A program made the position numbers and the translations under genes. Shown here one piece after another: positions 25,521 to 39,984 of a stretch of DNA of 64,000 nt (position 1 is its first letter; each line of letters begins with the position of its first letter). Location of the stretch: NCBI RefSeq assembly GCF_006345805.1, contig NC_043011.1, positions 39,072,464 through 39,136,463 of the forward strand, written 5' to 3'. The DNA comes from Octopus sinensis. Taxonomy: Eukaryota. Below the pieces are notes generated by a model. That model was not told where the DNA came from, did not search any database, and saw nothing but the letters and a program-made list of their open reading frames with translations.

Positions 25521-26039
25521 GGTGGTGATAACAGTGATGTAGGTATAATTTTAGTGGTGGTCATGGCTGTAATGATGCTGCAGTTATATTTTTTGCTGGT
25601 TTCTGTATAGTTTGTATGTAAACATTTTGAGCATCTGCACTGGTTCACCTCTTGTCGAACTTACAGGCTGAGTTTTTTCTTTTGATCTATATCATTATTA
25701 TTATTATTATTATTGTTTCTTTTGTTTCTTCTAAAAACAAATATGTCTACACCCTCATACAGACAGAGGCTCTCTTTCCTTCACCATCTTTCTGTCTCCC
25801 CCCCTTCTCACCCATCCACTCCAAAACCTGGACACATTTCTTCGTCTTCGTGCACACTTTCTTACATATTTCCTTTCTTGCTTGTGCGCACACGTATAGA
25901 CACAGTGGTGGTTGTTGACGATGACGATTGTGATGATGATAATGACGATAGTTGTGGTGATGATGATGATGATGATGATGGTAGTTATCATGATGGCGAT
26001 GTCGGTGATACAACTTTTTTTCAGATAAGATTATCAATG

Positions 26040-26183
26040 TGTGTGTGTATGTGTATATTTAGAAATAAATAAATGCACACATATAAATAAATAAATATAT
26101 GTAAATATATATGTATATATATATGTATATATATGTATATATATATATGTGTATATATATATATATATGTGTGTATATATATA

Positions 26184-26214
<31 letters not shown>

Positions 26215-26466
26215 GTGTTATATATATATATATATGTGTGTATATATATATATTGTATATATATATATGTGTATATATATATATATATGTGTGTATATAT
26301 ATATATATGTGTGTATATATATATATAATATATGTGTGTATATATATATATGTGTGTATATATATATATTTGTATATATACACATATTTATATATATGTG
26401 TATATATATATATATGTATGTATGTATGTATATATAAATGAATAAATACACACATAAATATATGTA

Positions 26467-26497
<31 letters not shown>

Positions 26498-26717
26498 ATA
26501 TAAATGAATAAATACACACATAAATATATGCAAATATATATATGTGTAGAAATATATAAATATATATATGTGTTATATATATATATATGTGTGTATATAT
26601 ATATATTTGTATATATACACATATTTATATATATGTGTATATATATATGTGTGTATATATATATATATGTATGTATGTATGTATATATAAATGAATAAAT
26701 ACACACATAAATATATG

Positions 26718-26783
<66 letters not shown>

Positions 26784-26870
26784 GTATATATAAATGAATA
26801 AATACACACATAAATATATGCAAATATATATATGTGTAGAAATATATAAATATATATATGTGTGTGTGTT
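26040..26870. repeat. Higher-order (TA)n-rich satellite
   Basis: ATAAATGAATAAATACACACATAAATATATG recurs four times within TA arrays. Confidence 0.9.
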
Positions 26871-28662
26871 TCTACATACCTGTGCACTTACACAAATGTA
26901 TACATGAATGATGTGTATTCTCCCTTTCTTTTGTCTCTCTGTTTCTCTCTCTCTCTCCCTCTAACTGCCTTTTACTCTCTCTTTCTCTTGCTCTCCACCC
27001 ATTATCTTTCAGATATGTAAACGCTCTCACACAAGCATTAACATACCTATATATTGATGCACACATCGCTCTCCCATCACATACGCACACACACATAAAT
27101 ATGTACACATACAGACATATATATATACACACACACACATATATATATATATGTTTATATACAAATATATATATATTTTTTTTTTCATAAACATACATGC
27201 ACACACACACACGAACATATATACAAATACATACATACTAATATGCACATACATGAAATACACATGCATACATACATATGCTGTTGCAGAAAATAGAAAT
27301 AATTTCTCTCAGGGTTTTATAATTAAGTTTTAAATATAGTGGTTGAAATTCATGAACCTTGTTCTCAGCTTTAGTGCATCTGTGAGTTTATGTGTATCTC
27401 TTACATACATATATATATATATATTTACACGTACATATATACATGTACTTGTGTCTATATATTGTGCATACATGTGTGTGAGAGTGTGTGTATATAAATA
27501 TAAAAGCGTAGGAAGAAGAATGAAAAAAATGGGACCAGATTATGTTAAGTACCAAGTGAGATTGTTATCTTTTCCTGTAAAGTTGTGGTTGTATTTCAGT
27601 GCATATACACCAGTAGATGAGTTGTATATGTGTGGGGGATGTGTGTGTATTGTGTGTGTGTGTGATGATATTCGTGTCTTCATAGATTCATGAATGTGTG
27701 CACGTATGTTTGTGTGTGAGCACATGTATGTATGTGAGTGTGTACATGTGTATATGTAAATGCATAAATTTACATATCTATTCATACAGATGCAGGTATT
27801 ATACATGTGTATATATATATATGTATCGGTGTATGTGTGTACATATATGTTGCGTATGAGAAAGTGGATGCATATATTCACATGAATATACTCAAACGAA
27901 ATGTGAACACAATACATAGTGCCTAGTGTAAATTGGAGACTAGTTCTGTTGCTTCTCTGAGTATCACATGCAAAACAGATATATAGATGTGTGTATACAT
28001 GCATACGCAGGCGTATGAAACTGATTGTGATAATAGACTATACCACCAGCTGTTAAACAATTATATATATAAATGCTTGTGTGTGTGAGTATATAATTAT
28101 ATATATAATTGAGTATATATATATATGTATATAACTGAGTATATACGTATGTATATATACAAATATATATCTACACAGACACACTTATATGTACGTGTGT
28201 GTGTGTGTGTGTGTGTCTATATATATATATATACACACATATGTATATGATATAAAGTTAGGTGTGAGAGGTGGAGCTTACTATGATAATTGCACAATTC
28301 TCTGAATCTATATTTTCTGTGTGTGGGTGTGTGTGTCTTTATGTGTAAACTCCCAAATTTGGTTCTTAACATTGTTTACACTTTGTGATCACATGACTGT
28401 ACCCACATGCCCTCCTACCCATCCACCCCACACCTTGAAACAGCAAAAGGTGTAAAAGCAGTTTAAAAATTGAAACAAGTTGCTTGCATGACATGTCAGA
28501 GAGATGAGAGAATTGGGAGTTTCGCAACTGCTAATTACTCTATTAATGGCATCATGCCTCTCCAGGTTACAGCTTTAAAGCAGATACATGGTTCAAATCC
28601 CACTGGTGGCTTTCTGAATTTTGTCTCACAAAGGGTTGTTATATTCTTTCTCTCTTTCTCAC

Positions 28663-28712
<50 letters not shown>

Positions 28713-29087
28713 GTTCCTTTATGTTTCAGCCTTGAGGCTGTGGCCATGCTGGGGCACCGCCACTGTATATGTATATATTATGGGCTGTTGTTTATGGCTT
28801 TGTTGAATTTGCATTGAGACATATGAATGTCTGTTATCTTTTACTTCTTTCAGTCATTTGACGCTGGCCATGCTGGGGCACCGTTTTGAAAGGTTTTAGT
28901 TGAACAAATTGACTCCGGGGTTTATTATATTTAACCCCTGGTACTTATTCCATTGGTTTCTTTTGCCCAAGTGCTAAATTACGGGGATGTAAACACACCA
29001 ACACCACTTGTCAAGTGGTGGTGGTGGTGGTGGGGACACAGATACACAAATACACACACACACACACATTTATATATATGCATATAT

Positions 29088-29423
29088 GAAGGTGCATGGC
29101 TCAGTAGTTAGAGCATCAGACTTACAATCATGAGATAGTGAGTTCGATTCCTGGGCCAGGCTGTGTGTTGTGTTCTGGAGTAAGACACTTTATTTCACGT
29201 TGCTCCAGTTCCCTCACCTATAGAAATGTGTTGCGATGTCAGTGGTGCCAAGCTGTATCGGCCCCTTTGCCTTTCCCTTGGACAACATCAGTGGGATGGA
29301 GAGGAGAGGCTGGTATGCATGGGCAACTGCTGGTCTTCCATAAACAACTGTGCCCGGACTTGTGCGTCAGAGGGAAACTTTGCAGGTATAATCCCATGGT
29401 CATTTATGACCGAAGGGGCTTTT
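29088..29423 (+). mobile_element. tRNA-derived SINE (family S4)
   Basis: A box TGGCTCAGTAGTTAG and B box AGTTCGATTCC, a TTGTGTTCTGGAGTAAGACACTTTATTTCAC core and a distinct 3' tail. Confidence 0.65.
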
Positions 29424-29611
29424 TACTCCTACCCTTGCCTTTTTATATATATATACAATGGGCTTCTTTCAGTTACCGTTTACCAAATCCAGGCTATAGG
29501 AAAAGGCACTTGCCCAATGTGCCATGCAGTGTGACTGACCCCCGAGTGGGACTGAATACATGATTAATTTACAACACTAACATTGTTAGAAATTACTTGA
29601 GAGTTCATAGG

Positions 29612-29658
<47 letters not shown>

Positions 29659-29695
29659 GAATGGAGCTGAATGATGAATTAACAAAATTCCTTTA

Positions 29696-29778
29696 TTTTT
29701 GACATATGTTTCGAAGGCTGCATATTCCTAATTGCGAAGGAATAAGGAGTACATTATGCCGCTTTCTCATCAGGAAAA
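29696..29778 (-). ncRNA. Type I hammerhead ribozyme with long stem II (Penelope-like)
   Basis: Minus strand: UUUUC CUGAUGA GAAAGCGGCAUA ... UAUGCAGCCUUC GAAA C AUAU GUC AAAAA. Core is intact, stem II pairs 10 of 12, stem III is the palindrome ACAUAUGU, and the triplet is GUC (C17 at 29701). Stem I is U4/A4 with one mismatch next to the core. Confidence 0.75.
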
Positions 29779-29923
29779 GCAAGGAACTTATGTCAACATC
29801 AAAATGCACAAAAAAACTTTTAGATGATTGCTCACACGGAGCCCATAGCTTTTTCTGATGTGAATTTGCTACTCAGATATCGGTTAATTCGAATTATCCT
29901 TAATAAGATAATTCATTCAACTA

Positions 29924-29958
<35 letters not shown>

Positions 29959-30669
29959 TGTGGTTATGAAGTTTAGTTCCCAACCACATGGTTTGGGGTT
30001 CAAATCCAATATGTGATACATTGACCATGTGTCTTCAACTATCGCCCCAAGTGGACCGAAGCCTTGCAGATGTATTTGGTGAACAGAAACTAAAAAAAAT
30101 CCATATCTCCCTGTCTGTCTCATTCTCTCTCTGTTTCCTCGCATCTGTTGAGGCCCACTTGAAAGGAACTCAGCCACCTCACCTCCATAGCTTATACATC
30201 ATGTTTGACAAAAGGCTGGCCGATCATGGATGGAATGCCTGTGATTAAAGGCATAACACATTCAGTATTTAAGCAGCAACAATTATCCGATCATAATCTG
30301 TCAGATGTGTGAGATTTTGCCTTGCATGTTGCATGTTTCTAACAAATACTCGCTGAATAGTTTAATCTGCAGGTGGAGAATATTAATAAGTCAAGGTTTA
30401 TTATTTTTACCAAGACATAACTGGAACTTGGGAATGTCAACCATTTAGCCTGCTTCCTATTAATATTTATGTCCTGCTGATAGTTTGGGCTTTCTATTCT
30501 CTATTGAACATATTTTCATATGGATAATATGGTAATTTATCACACGGAGGTTTTACCCCATGTGATGTGAATATTGAAATCCAATTTTACAAGTTTATGA
30601 CATATGCTTAACCAGTTGTATATTATTATTATTATTAGTAGTAGTAGTAGTAGTATTGCTATTATTGTT

Positions 30670-31490
30670 AAGGTGCCGAGCTGGCAGAATCATTAACATG
30701 CCGGGCAAAATGCTTAGTGGTATTTCGCCTGTCGCTATGTTCTGAGTTCAAATTCTGCTAAAGTCAACTTTGCCTTTCATCCTTTTGGGGTCGATAAATT
30801 AAGTGTCAGTGAAATGCTGGACTCAATGTAATCGACTAGTCGCCCTCCCTCAAAATTTCAGGCCTTGTGCCTTTAGTAGAAAGGATTATTATTATTATTA
30901 TTTTTGTTATTGTTCAGGTGGTGAGCTGGCAGAATTGTTAGCACGTTAGGCAAAATGCTTAGTGGTATTTCGTCTGCTGCTAGATTCTGAGTTCAAGTTC
31001 CACCAAGGTTGACTTCGCCTGTCATCCTTTCAGGGTCAATGAAATTAGTAGCAGCTATGCACTGGGGTCAATGTAATTGACTTAATCCTTTCCCCTAAAT
31101 TTGAGGCCTTGTGATTCCAGTAGAAAGGATTATCATTGTTGTTATTATTAAGGCGGTATTTCGTCTGCCGTTACGTTCTGAGTTCAAATTCCGCCGAGGT
31201 CGACTTTGCCTTTCATCCTTTCGGGGTTGATTAAATAAGTACCAGTTGCACACTGGGTCGATATAATCGACTTAATCCGTTTGTCTGACCTTGTTTGTCC
31301 TCTCTGTGTTTAGTCCCTTGTGTGTAGTAAAAAAAATAGGTATTTCGTCTGTCGCTATGTTATGAGTTCAAATTCCGCCGAGGTCCACTTTGTCCTTCAT
31401 CCTTTCGGAGCCGATAAATTAAGTACCAGTTGCGTACTGGGGACGATCTAATTGACAGGCCCTTCCCCCAAATTTCATGCCTTGTTCCGG
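30670..31490 (+). mobile_element. Cluster of about four tandem S3 SINEs
   Basis: Repeated GAGCTGGCAGAATC heads and GACTTTGCCTTTCATCCTTTCGGGG motifs separated by (ATT)n. Confidence 0.75.
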
Positions 31491-32502
31491 CACATGATCT
31501 CAGATCAGGTCACTTGCTATGCAAGTACATCTCCATAATATATATGTATGTATGTATGTATAAAACAATCGTACATGCACACATATGTATATCAAACTAA
31601 AAATTAGAAAGGAAATTTGAAATTGCTTTGGTGTAAAAGCTGCGAGAGGATAAAATGGTTGGCTGAGTGGTAGATATTGTGGTTGTTGTTGTTGGCTGCG
31701 CTTTAATATTTACTCTTTGACGCCAAAGCCAATGACAACACCATTTGCTTTTAGCTCTGCATTTTATAACTCGGCTGATCTTTTCTCCTAACAAACTGAA
31801 ACGCGGCGGTGGCAGCGATAAGAATGGTAATGACAACAGTGATGGCACTGGTGCTGCTGCTGCCTATGCAAGCAAAAAAAAAACGTGTAAAAGCAAGGAG
31901 GCGGGGTGGTTGGTGTCGGGAGAAGAAAAGGAGAAAGCATATCACCAGTCTAACTAAAACAAAAGGATTTTTGCTGATGTAAACAAAACAAAAGAAAAGT
32001 AAATAAATAAAGGGTGTCTTTTAAATACCATTATCCTTTTGAACTTTTTTTCTCCCTTTATCAAATCCAGTAGTGCAAAATATTTTTTTTTTTATAATTC
32101 TATTTTTCTGTTTTGTTTCTTTGTTTTGTTTTGTTTTGTTTTTAAATCTCTTTCATACTGTTTTTTTCTGTTTTTTTTTTTTTTGGTTTTTTTTTTCTTT
32201 TTATTTGTCTTGAACATTTCATGCATTGTTATTTGCATGTTGTGTTGTATCTCTGTGGATTTTGTAGTTGTGGTAGTTGTGGTGGTGGTGGTGGTGGTGG
32301 TGGTGGTGGTGGTGGCAGTGGTCTTCATTCGGGAGAAAGTTTCATTTTCAGTTTGGAATGAAAATAAACATAGGAGGAAAGAAAAAAAGAAAGAAAGAAA
32401 CAGTAGGTGCTGGCATGGCTGTGTGGTTAAAAAGCTTCCTTTGCTCCCACATGCTTTACGGTTCAGTCCCACTGGGTGGCACTTTCGGCAGATGTTTTCT
32501 AC

Positions 32503-32932
32503 TACAGGCTGTCCTCAACTTACGATGCATCCGACTTATGACCGATCAGCTTTACAACAATTGGCGCACTGACAGCAATAATAGATAGTCCAGTTGAAAT
32601 CTAATGGGTTTAATATATTAGAAACTAACCCGTCTATTGATGACGTCAGCTAACAAATGCTTCCCCTAGGTTTGGTTATCGATCGACACTGTGTTGGATG
32701 ACTATCTCATCGCAGAGACATTGAGGCAAACTCATATTTGTTTATAAGACGACTGCTTGAGACTAACAAACCAAGACAGAATGCTGTGTGTGACTTTTAC
32801 CTGAGAATGTACCTCAAGAATGTAAAAATATAATACAAAGCTATATAGGCCTATAGGCCGACTTAAGATCAAATCAACTTTTGACTAAGTCAGATGGAAC
32901 CAATTGTGGTCATAAGTCAATAATGACCTGTA
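32503..32932. mobile_element. Tc1/mariner-pogo (Tigger-like) MITE inserted in an S1 SINE
   Basis: Imperfect TIRs TACAGGCTGTCCTCAACTTACGA and the reverse complement of TCATAAGTCAATAATGACCTGTA; TA target duplication; the SINE sequence resumes after 32932. Confidence 0.65.
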
Positions 32933-33978
32933 TAACTTGGGCTGACTAAAGTATTGTGAGTAGATTTAGTAGACTGGAAGAAGCTTCTGTCTGTCTGTCT
33001 GTTTGTATGTATATACTCTTTTATTTGTTTCAGTCATTTGACTGCGGCCATGCTGGAGCACCACCTTTTGGTCGAACAAATTGCCCCCAGGTGATTTGTA
33101 AGCCTAGTACTTATTCTGTCTCTTTTGCTGACCTGCTAGGTTATAGGGATGTAAACACACCAACATGGGTTGTCAAGTGATAGTGAGGGGGACAAACACA
33201 GACGTTACCTTGACGTTGTTCACATGAGCCTGACTTGGGCTCTGAAGTTACTGCCTGAGTTGTTATCTATAATTGTAAAAATTAAAAGTAATTCGATGTT
33301 TTCTTGAAACACTAAAATTCTATAGACATTAGGATTTAAATTCCAATCTATGAAAAGTTTCCATTCTTTAATATTCTTAAAGGAATGAAAAATTATCCAG
33401 CAACTCTGGCTAATATGAATGAGCCTGGTAGGTGTAAAAGACTAACTGGCGTCTCTTGTCAAGAGGAGAGGTGGCAGTCAGATCGCTGATGTCTGTTGTG
33501 CACTCTGCTGTCGTTATTTGATTGCTGTTATTTTGTGCATCTGTTTGTAAAGATGAATGTGTTGCAGGGTTGCTTTATTTTTACCCTTAAATTAGAAATG
33601 GAGAAAGACAGTGCTAGATATAAAAATAAGCCATTTGGGACTAGAATTATAGCGGAAAATCGTGAAATTCTTCAAGTAGGCATGTGTCTCATGTGACATC
33701 GGTGATGACCCTGAGTGACAAAATCTCTGATGAGCCCAAGTGATTTCGATGACCTGGAGTCGCCTTTCAGTTTCCATCTGCCAAATTTGTTTACAAGGCT
33801 TTGATTGGCCTGAGGCTATAGTAGGAGACACTCACCCAAGGTGCCATGCAGTAGGAATGAACCCAGAACCACATGGTTCAGAAGCAAGCTTCTTACCACA
33901 GAGCTGTGTCTGCTCATCTTTATATATACATATATATATATGTATACACACACACACATACGCATATGTTATAAATAA

Positions 33979-34010
<32 letters not shown>

Positions 34011-34352
34011 TATATATATACATACATACATATGTAAATGTATATGCATGGAGATAAGAATGTACGTGTGTGTATATAACGTATACACAAACATACTGCA
34101 TCTATATTTTTTCTACACTCACATCTCTCTTACATAATATATGCAAGAATGTTTTGGTGTTAAAGATGTAAATGGTTTAATTGAATCAAATTCAATGCTG
34201 GTATCAAGGAAATCTTCATATCTATATCCTGCTGTGTTAATAAGATTGAACGCGCCATTTATTACTTGTGCTGTTTGTGTGCTGGTGGTGAACTGAACAG
34301 GTTGAGTGTAAATTGTTTGAGATTGTGTATATAAACAACAACAACCCCCAAC

Positions 34353-34413
<61 letters not shown>

Positions 34414-35551
34414 GCTGCTATGTGTGTCTAAACAAAAGCATGAAACGGACAGACAGACAGATAGAAATGTGCATGTGTATTTGTGTGCTTTCATATGTAT
34501 ATGTGTATGCTTCAAATGTGTGTGTGTGTGTGCTGGCTTTTATATATTTCTCTGCTTTTATGTGTGTATTGTGTGCACATGCTTCTATATGTGTATTTGC
34601 TTATGTGTGTGTGTGTTTGCGTTTGCCTTTTATGTGTATATTTGTGTGGGTGCTTTTGTGTGTGCACGGACACTCGTGTGTTTATCAGTGTGTGCACTTT
34701 TACGTGTGTGTGTGTGTGCTCTTGTATGTATATTTGAGTGTACATGTGCTTGTATGTGTGTGCTTGTGTGTGTATGTATGTACTTGTGTATGTATGTGTG
34801 CTTGTGTGTGTGTGCTTGTGAATGCATGTGTGTGTGCTTATGTGTGTGTGTGTGTGTGCTTGTATGTGTGTGCTTGTGTATCTGTGTGTGTGCTCATATA
34901 CGTATATTTGTGTGCACGTTTATATACGTGTATTTGGGTTTCTGTATGTTTGCATGTGTGCACATGCTTCATATGCAGGTGTGTGCATGTGTGTTTATAT
35001 ATATGTGTGTGTATGTGTATAGATTTTGTATACGTAATTGGTAATTTTTACTCATTTCTGTTTGATGCACAGATTCCAATTTTAATAACAATTTCGAGGC
35101 AGGTGTAGTTTGCCAATTGTGAAAATTACAACCATCTCTTTTCTTTGTTGTTTGTTTAGAGAAATTATTAATAATAAAAATAAGGCAAAAATTATTAAAT
35201 ATTTAAATTTATTGGGTTTAACATATAAGGGTTAAGGTCAGAATTTTTGAGGTTAGGGTTTCGGTTCGGGTTAGTGTTTGGATTTGTGGTACATTGCAAA
35301 ATGTCATTGGAAGTACTAATTTTTAACCTTTTACATGTTTCAGCCTTTAGACTGCGGCCATGCTGGGGCACCACCTTGAAGACATTCTTAGTTGAATGTA
35401 TCTCGGCCAAAGTACTTTTCTTTTAAAAGCCTGGTACTTATTCTAACAGTCTCTTTTGCTGAACCGCTAAGTTATGGGGACGTAAACATACAGACACTAG
35501 TTGTCAAGCAATGGTGGGGGAACAATCATAAACATAAAGGCATGCACACAG

Positions 35552-35765
35552 TAAAGTAATCCCTCGACTAACACAGGTATTACGTTCCAAAACACGCCAT
35601 GATAGGTGAAGTAGAAGTAGAAACAGTACTGTACTGTTATATTTAAAAAAAATTTTATATATATTTATTGTATTATAAATGCAAAACAACACCACGGAGG
35701 AATCAACACAAGCTTAAATAATAAACCCCGATAGGGGAACCATGATATGGCAAGGGATTACTGTA
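35552..35765. mobile_element. Tigger-like MITE, copy 1
   Basis: TIRs AGTAATCCCTCG and AAGGGATTACTGTA; second copy at 55692-55904. Confidence 0.7.
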
Positions 35766-35784
35766 TATACATATAAAGGTAAAG

Positions 35785-35945
35785 TTAGGAGTGGCTGTGT
35801 GGTAAGTAGCTTGCTTATGAGCCACATGATTCCAGGTTCTGTTCCACTGCATGGCACCTTGGGCAAGTGTCTTTGTACTATAGCCTCGGGCTGACCAAAG
35901 CCTCGTGAGTGGATTTGGTAGATGGGAACTGAAGGAAGCCTGTCG

Positions 35946-35988
<43 letters not shown>

Positions 35989-36195
35989 GTGTATATGGTG
36001 TGTCTGTGTTTGTCCCCTCAAAATTGCTTGACAACCGATGCTGGTGTGTTTACGTCCCTGTAACTTACCGGTTTGGCAAAAGAGACCAATAGAATAAGTA
36101 CTAGGCTTACAAGGAATAAGTCTTGGGGTCGATTTGCTCGACTAAAGGCAGTGCTCCAGCATGGCCACAATCAAATGACTGAAACAAATAAAAAA
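35785..36195 (+). mobile_element. SINE S1
   Basis: S1 head, core, microsatellite and tail. Confidence 0.8.
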
Positions 36196-36205
36196 GAGAG
36201 AATTA

Positions 36206-36437
36206 CCTTCTCGTGTCATGACGACTAATAAGGGCCAGTTCCATGGCATATATGTTCCCCACCTGGATGGGATGCCAGTCCCTCACAGGGTTACTCATCT
36301 CTTCTATCTGGGTGAAGTGTAGTAACATGAAATGAAATGTTTTGCTCAAGAACACAATGCGTTGCCCAATCCAGGAAATGAACCCACAATCTTATGATCA
36401 TGAGTCTAACACCCTAACCACTAAGTCACATGCCTCC

Positions 36438-36439
<2 letters not shown>
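36206..36439 (-). mobile_element. SINE with S4-like head and Meta-domain-like body
   Basis: The minus strand has GGACTGGCATCCCATCCAGG after an S4-like head. Confidence 0.55.
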
Positions 36440-36479
<40 letters not shown>

Positions 36480-36828
36480 TGTACGGGCTACTTTTAGTTT
36501 CCGTCTATGAAATCCAATCACAGGCTTTGGTTGACCTAAAGATATAGTAAAAGACACTTGGACCTAGGTGCCATGCAGTGAAACTGAACCCGGAACCATG
36601 TCGCTGGGAAGCAAGCTTCTTACCACACAGCCACGCCTACGCTTGATGTTTGGTTTACTTTCATTAAAAATGTTTGGCTTTAGCTCTTTTGTTACCATAT
36701 TTCTGTCACAGTGGACTAATATTGAAAATAATGGAGAACTTGGTAAAAGAACTTTCTTGTTATTAGTATATCTGGTGTTTTGAACTTAAATTTTTGTATG
36801 CGATTTTGATTGGTGATTTTTTCTATTT

Positions 36829-37050
36829 TTAACCCTTTCATTACCAACCCGGCTGAAACCGGCTCTGGATACAAATGTTTTATTTTCATAAGTTCTGAAT
36901 TAAAATTTTCCACCAAACCTTAGTCACAATTTATGTTCCTAACACTAGCTGAATGATAACTAAGTTATTTTACTAAATTCTTTGTTATATTTAAAGTAAT
37001 TGAAAGAAACACAGAGCATCTCAAAAGAAATATAGTAACGAAAGGGTTAA
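36829..37050. mobile_element. piggyBac-like MITE (TTAA target)
   Basis: TTAA CCCTTTC ... GAAAGGG TTAA; an inverted second copy lies at 42729-42956. Confidence 0.75.
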
Positions 37051-38202
37051 CTTGGATTACTTTAAACCTGAGACATTTAAACTGGCCACATCTGACCCAA
37101 CTATTCTACTAGTTTTATGTTCAAACTGGCTAGATCCAGCTTCTTACACCTTCACTGCAATGTCGTTCTGAAAATTAAACAACTACATCATGAAAATCTC
37201 AAAGCAACATAATAATTTAGTTCAAAGCAATGTGAATGAATAAGCACTACATTTAACAAAGTAATCTGAATGCTAACGGTTTAAAACAGGAAGTTTATAT
37301 CATAGAACCGGGGCTGATCTTGAGCAGGTTGGTATCAAAAGGGTTACACATTTAATGAGATCTTTTTTCTCAAAAAGGTGGGAAATGCAAGGTCAAAATT
37401 CTTAGAGTATTGGAAAAAATGGTTTATAGTATTTCTTCCAGCTCTTTATGTTCTGAGTTCAGATCCTGCTGATTCCAGCATTGTCTTGGGGTTTTATCTT
37501 GCGGTTGATAAAATAAAGCTGATGTTAAATGCTGGGGTTGATGGGTTTGACTTACTCTGCCCCTAAAAAAATTGCCGGCCTTGTGTCTAAATTAGAATCC
37601 ATCATTAATTTCTCAAAAACCAACAAATTATGATCGCTGTAGTCAAACACCAGCAATTGATGTGGTGCTTTCCATAAGATCACAGTGACACGAAGTAAAT
37701 GAATGGATCAGGTTGGCTAGAATTACAAAAAAACATTGCAGTCTTTGAAGGTTCATAACTTCATTAATTTCTCTAGAAAATGTTTATGATTTTCATAATT
37801 GTCATGCAAACTGAAAATTTCTCTTTCTCTCTCTTTCTACAAACATGCATGTATGCACACATGCATGCACATGTACACACACACACACACACACACTTGC
37901 GTGTTTTTAATTATGTTTAGAATTTCAACACTACCTTAAGTTTCCTGCTTTATAATTTGCAATTTTCCAGTGTTACATTTAAAAAAAAATTGATGCTAAT
38001 TTTAAGGAAAATGCAGAATATACATAAACAAAAGTAATGAGTACTCCTTCTCACTGATAAACACCATTTCATATATACATGCAAACATGCACAGACACAC
38101 ATATACACATCTATGCTTATATTATATGTGTTATTATCATCATTTGACACCCAAGGCCCTTCCTGGTATGGATTGGACAATGTGTATATTTGCATGTGTG
38201 TA

Positions 38203-38386
38203 TAGATCGCTAGCCACTACACATTATTTTCTCTCCTTGTTTCTTTGTGTTCCTTTCTGTGGAAGAGCATAGGCTCGAAATGTTAAAGACTTTTTCACTT
38301 CCCGAGCGTTATACTAATACCTCTGTTTGTTGTCTACACCAACTGTCTTTGTCTTTTGTTTTTTTTTTTTGTAAATTCTCCCTATA
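38203..38386 (+). mobile_element. Penelope-like fragment family B (hammerhead-like, U at position 6)
   Basis: CUUU CUGUGGA A GAGC AUAG GCUC GAAA UGUU AAAG at about 38253-38288; colinear with 48312-48500. Confidence 0.6.
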
Positions 38387-38509
38387 TGCAAACTTACACA
38401 CACGTACATGTCTATAAATGTGTGTGTGTGTATATATATATATAAATATAACTTGTGTATACAATATATGTATATATTGTGTACACACAGACACATATTC
38501 TTTTATTCT

Positions 38510-38694
38510 GTTACTTGTTTCAGTCATTTTGACTATGGTCATGCTGGAGCATTGCTTTTTAGTCGAAAAAATCGACTCCTGAACTTATTCTTTGTAAGCC
38601 TGTTTCTTATTCTATCTGTCAATTTTGCCAAACCGCTAAGTTATGGAGGACATAAACACACCAATGGTGGGATGGGGGAGACAAACACAGATAT

Positions 38695-38756
<62 letters not shown>

Positions 38757-38910
38757 GACAGGCTTCTTTCAGTTTCTTCTACCAAATCCACTCAGAAGGC
38801 TTTGGTCAGCCTGAGGCTATAGTAGAAGATATTTGCCGAAGGTGCCACGCAGTGGGACTGAACCCGGAACCATATGTTTGGTAAGCAAGCTACTAACCAC
38901 ACACTCACTC
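38510..38910 (-). mobile_element. SINE S1
   Basis: S1 sequence on the minus strand. Confidence 0.8.
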
Positions 38911-39433
38911 CTGCGCCTATATATATATATTGTATGTTGTATGTGTGTGTATAACTGTTTCATTGATCTATCAGTCTCCTATCTATTGATCGATGTATCT
39001 CTGGATCTATCTGTCACCACCTATTCCTTCCCTCCCCCATGACCTCCCTGCCTACAAACATACCTTACATCCTCCCACCTTTCTCTCCCACACCTCTTTA
39101 TCTCTTAACATTCGTGTTTTTGTTTCATAGGTCTTTGCGCATCCCCTCATCCTTGTACTCCAGCCCCTCCCGCTAACACTATATTTTATGGCATTTGCAA
39201 TGTTTACGCTCACTGCTCATGGCCATTCTGGGTTCTCTGTTTGTATTCCATCTGCAATTGGGTCTTTAGTGAGGGGGAACATAATCTGTCATATAAACCC
39301 AATCTATCTAAGAACAGAAATTGTACAAAAACATATAATAATACAAACAAAAGCACACATATATACATGTATATGTGTGTGTGTGTATGTGTATATATAT
39401 ATACACATAAACGTATGTATGTATATATATATG

Positions 39434-39490
<57 letters not shown>

Positions 39491-39739
39491 TGCACATACA
39501 CACAAGCATAAAGATAAATAATATAAAAAATAATAAAAAAGGGGAAGTATATTTTTGCTCACCAAACTGCTTGGTGGTGGAGTGGAAGGGCAGGTGGTGT
39601 TTTGTTTGCACTTGTCCATGGCTCCGCAATGTTGTGTTTTCATTGCTGTGCGATGCAATGTTTGTGCACATATTAACATGCTTGCCGTTAATACATAAGG
39701 CAGCTTTCTGTGTGTGCATAAATATATGTATATATATAT

Positions 39740-39824
<85 letters not shown>

Positions 39825-39984
39825 GTGTGTGTGTGTGATGCTTTGGATTGGATATCAAAGCAAAATATTTAAGAGTCTCATTCGATGTGATGAGAAAAGA
39901 TGAAATGCAAAATTGGGGATGAAAATGAAATGCTTGTTTTATGATGGTGAAAAGCATGGTATTATTATTATTATTATTGTTATA

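Noticed and set aside
35220-35285. GTTAGGGTT telomere-like words
   Set aside because: Few and degenerate; not a (TTAGGG)n array.
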